Shown one piece after another: positions 14,567 to 16,754 of a stretch of DNA of 16,754 bases; position 1 is the first letter of the stretch; every line of letters starts with the position of its first letter. Position numbers and translations under genes: made by a program. The stretch is from NCBI GenBank assembly GCA_036679605.1, contig JAZDCZ010000052.1, positions 1 to 16,754 on the forward strand, in the 5' to 3' direction. The notes under the pieces were generated by a model, which was given only the letters and a program-made list of their open reading frames with translations, was not told where the DNA came from and ran no database searches. This DNA comes from Gemmatimonadota bacterium (GTDB lineage Bacteria > Gemmatimonadota > Gemmatimonadetes > Gemmatimonadales > GWC2-71-9).

Positions 14567-16754
14567 TCAATTCCCCACCTTTGCCTTCAACTCCTCGAAG
14601 AAGTTCTGGACAAGAACAAGACTGGCGCTCGCACCCACGCTACCGAACCGGAGCATCACGAATTGCTTATCGTCCGGGCTTACATCGTATTGCCGGTGTC
14701 CGAGCCCGACCAGGTAGTTCGTCGCGGAAAACAGCACCTCTGGTTGGTCCCAAGTGAAGGACGGATCTCCGCTCACTTGGACTGACACCATGTCGCCGGC
14801 CCCATCACGGTAGAACAGCTCCCGGCCGTTGTGGGCCCACAACGGTTCGGTGCCTCCGACCGTGGATACCTGCCAATGGGACGATGCTGCGTCTGGGAAG
14901 GGACGCACGTGGATCTCCTCTTGGCCCGACCGATCCGAGACGTAGGCGAGCCAGCGACCGTCCGGCGAGAGTGCAATCGAGCTCTCGTCGAACTCCGTTG
15001 CTACCAGAGGAATCGGCACGCTGTCCGTTGCCGGTCTAATGCCGTAGATGTCTTCGCCATTCACCACAACCCACCATGCGCCATCAGGCGAGTACTGCAT
15101 CTGGTCCAGCGCCTCATCTGTATCCAGGACGAGTCCAGCCGTTCCGCTCCCGTCTGCTCGCCGCGTCCACAAATCGAGCCCGCCCGCACGATTCGACACA
15201 AAGGTGACCGACTGTCCATCCGGCGACCACGCAGGCCTGTAGTTCAACGTTCCGTCGAACGTGAGTGGAGACAACGTGCCGGTATCGAACTGCTTCACCC
15301 AGACATCGGTGGTTCCCTCGAAGAAATTAAGGAGCGACATCGCGAGTCGTTTACCATTAGGCGAAAGCGAAAGGCTGACCCAATTCGAACCTCCCGACTC
15401 CGTCCATCCCGGATCGATCTCCTCGGCGGTTCCATCACGATTCACCCAGACGGGGGAAACTCCACGACCTCCGCCTGACGGAACATAGAGGAGCGTGCCT
15501 GTCTCGGATAAGGCAAACCTCGCCGGGGAGTTGCCGCCCACGTGGACCCGTTCGGGCAGCCCGACCGAGGGACCCGCAAGCAGTCGCCCCAGGTCGAAGG
15601 GTGCAGCGTGGAGCGTACCGTCCGCAGCCGCGTACACGATATGCCCCGAACGCGCGTAACGTGCCATCGCGCCAGGGAAAAGCGTGCGGACCTTCCCCTC
15701 CTCGAACCCGAAGACTGCGACCTCACTTTGCTCGGGCGTCCCTCGCGTAATCGTGAACAACAGTCCCCGACCGTTGGGCAGAGCCTCCACCCACCGATGG
15801 TTGGTTCCGGGGTCGTTCGTGGTCACCGTCTCCGGTTCACCCCCCGAAGCGGGAACGCGCTGGATAGCGCCCGTTGTGTTCGTGAAATACAGCATCCCGC
15901 CCGAGCCCCAATCGAGGCCACCCCCCTGGCCACTCGGTACACCTGACGCAACGACCGTGAACGACGGACCGCCCAGTAGGGAGACGGTCTTGAGGCTCCC
16001 GCCGACATTGAAGGCTATCGAGGCACCGTCCGGTGAGATGGCAGGGTTCCTCGCCTGCTCCGCTCCAGTGATCGACTCGCTTTCCAGTTGGGTTAGCCGC
16101 CGCTGCCAGAGTTGGGTGGAGCCGGTGTACACGAGCCGCGATCCGTCCGGTGAGATGGCGATGTTAACGCCGGCTCCTAAGAAGAGTTCCTGTCCCTTTG
16201 GTGGGGTCATAGGGAACATCGCTACGGGACGAGGTTGCGGACGCAAGACATACCACCCTAGCGCGACGGCGATCACGGTGGAGAGAGCGGCCAGTCCGGC
16301 CATCGTCCTCGAAAACCGATTCCACCGCCCCTCTGCTAGCGCACCAGCAGTCGCCAGGGTGCCCTGCGTCGGCAGCGCGAACGCCGTGTTGGTCAATGCT
16401 TCCGCAAACTTCAACGCACTCTCGAACCGATCTGCCGCCAACTTTTCTAACGACTTTACCGTCGCGGCGGCCACGTTGGGCGGTACTGACTTCCGCAGCT
16501 CCGTCACCGGCTGCACATCTTCCGAGACGATCTTCATGATGATCTGCTGCGCAGACGAACCCACATGTGGTGGGCTTCCCGTCAGCATCTCGTAGAGCAC
16601 ACTGCCCAACGAGTAGATGTCCGAACGGTTGGTGAGATCTTTCTCGGCTGTCGCCTGCTCGGGACTCATGTAGTGCGGTGTGCCGAGACTGAGGCCGGTC
16701 TCCGTCATCCGCCCGCCCGCCGCCGCACTCACCGCCAGCGCGATCCCAAAGTCC
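14567..16754 (-). CDS. Receptor-like Ser/Thr kinase (kinase-TM-TolB/PD40 beta-propeller), 5'-truncated by the window edge
   Basis: The frame is open to the window end, starting at DFGIALAVS. GTPHYMSPE, DIYSLG, TM segment MAGLAALSTVIAVALGWYVL, many ISPDG/WSPDG repeats, and C-terminus NFFEELKAKVGN. Paralogue of 11075-13686. Confidence 0.9.
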   Translation of the reverse strand, partial: DFGIALAVSAAAGGRMTETGLSLGTPHYMSPEQATAEKDLTNRSDIYSLGSVLYEMLTGSPPHVGSSAQQIIMKIVSEDVQPVTELRKSVPPNVAAATVKSLEKLAADRFESALKFAEALTNTAFALPTQGTLATAGALAEGRWNRFSRTMAGLAALSTVIAVALGWYVLRPQPRPVAMFPMTPPKGQELFLGAGVNIAISPDGSRLVYTGSTQLWQRRLTQLESESITGAEQARNPAISPDGASIAFNVGGSLKTVSLLGGPSFTVVASGVPSGQGGGLDWGSGGMLYFTNTTGAIQRVPASGGEPETVTTNDPGTNHRWVEALPNGRGLLFTITRGTPEQSEVAVFGFEEGKVRTLFPGAMARYARSGHIVYAAADGTLHAAPFDLGRLLAGPSVGLPERVHVGGNSPARFALSETGTLLYVPSGGGRGVSPVWVNRDGTAEEIDPGWTESGGSNWVSLSLSPNGKRLAMSLLNFFEGTTDVWVKQFDTGTLSPLTFDGTLNYRPAWSPDGQSVTFVSNRAGGLDLWTRRADGSGTAGLVLDTDEALDQMQYSPDGAWWVVVNGEDIYGIRPATDSVPIPLVATEFDESSIALSPDGRWLAYVSDRSGQEEIHVRPFPDAASSHWQVSTVGGTEPLWAHNGRELFYRDGAGDMVSVQVSGDPSFTWDQPEVLFSATNYLVGLGHRQYDVSPDDKQFVMLRFGSVGASASLVLVQNFFEELKAKVGN

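Larger units (their letters stand above)
12906..16754. repeat. Direct repeat between kinase paralogues: 12906-13289 versus 16371-16754 (offset 3465), final 114 bp identical
   Basis: Colinear and ungapped. About 46 mismatches in the first 270 bp by manual count. 13176-13289 equals 16641-16754 exactly. Confidence 0.92.

Noticed and set aside
15684..16595. 303-aa plus-strand ORF and other long shadow ORFs (e.g. 2779..3582, 14831..15478, 2621..3205)
   Set aside because: They are antisense or alternate-frame to well-supported genes in GC-rich DNA and have no recognisable motifs.
927..16754. Diversity-generating retroelement TR/VR interpretation of the repeat pairs
   Set aside because: Mismatches are not adenine-specific in any pair, and no reverse transcriptase is present in the window.

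Overview
GC-rich bacterial window, probably Gemmatimonadota-like. That is inferred from the style of the Hanks-type kinases and is not verified. The left half encodes exported proteins: an outer-membrane beta-barrel, a lipoprotein metzincin (M66-like) with three ~85-aa repeats, a frameshifted secreted amidohydrolase and an uncharacterised secreted HExxH gluzincin-like protein. These are followed by a Phd/YefM-RelE/YafQ-like type II toxin-antitoxin (TA) pair and a Zn-dependent MDR dehydrogenase. The right half is a Ser/Thr kinase cluster: one intact cytoplasmic kinase-TolB_N-like-TPR protein and two tandem receptor-like kinase-TM-TolB/PD40 propeller paralogues with an MNT-HEPN (MntA/HepT-type) TA between them. 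Most notable: (i) one receptor kinase lacks exactly its HRD catalytic-loop segment, and the breakpoint coincides with the end of a 114-bp perfect repeat and with the window end; (ii) the TA sits between recombinogenic kinase repeats; (iii) a 75-bp non-coding copy of the RelE-like toxin gene lies 6.3 kb away in a divergent promoter region; (iv) an intergenic motif family (TCCCCCGAACA and related) and a large two-state hairpin. No rRNA, tRNA, CRISPR array, integrase or transposase was seen. Assembly artefact is a real alternative for several of these signals.
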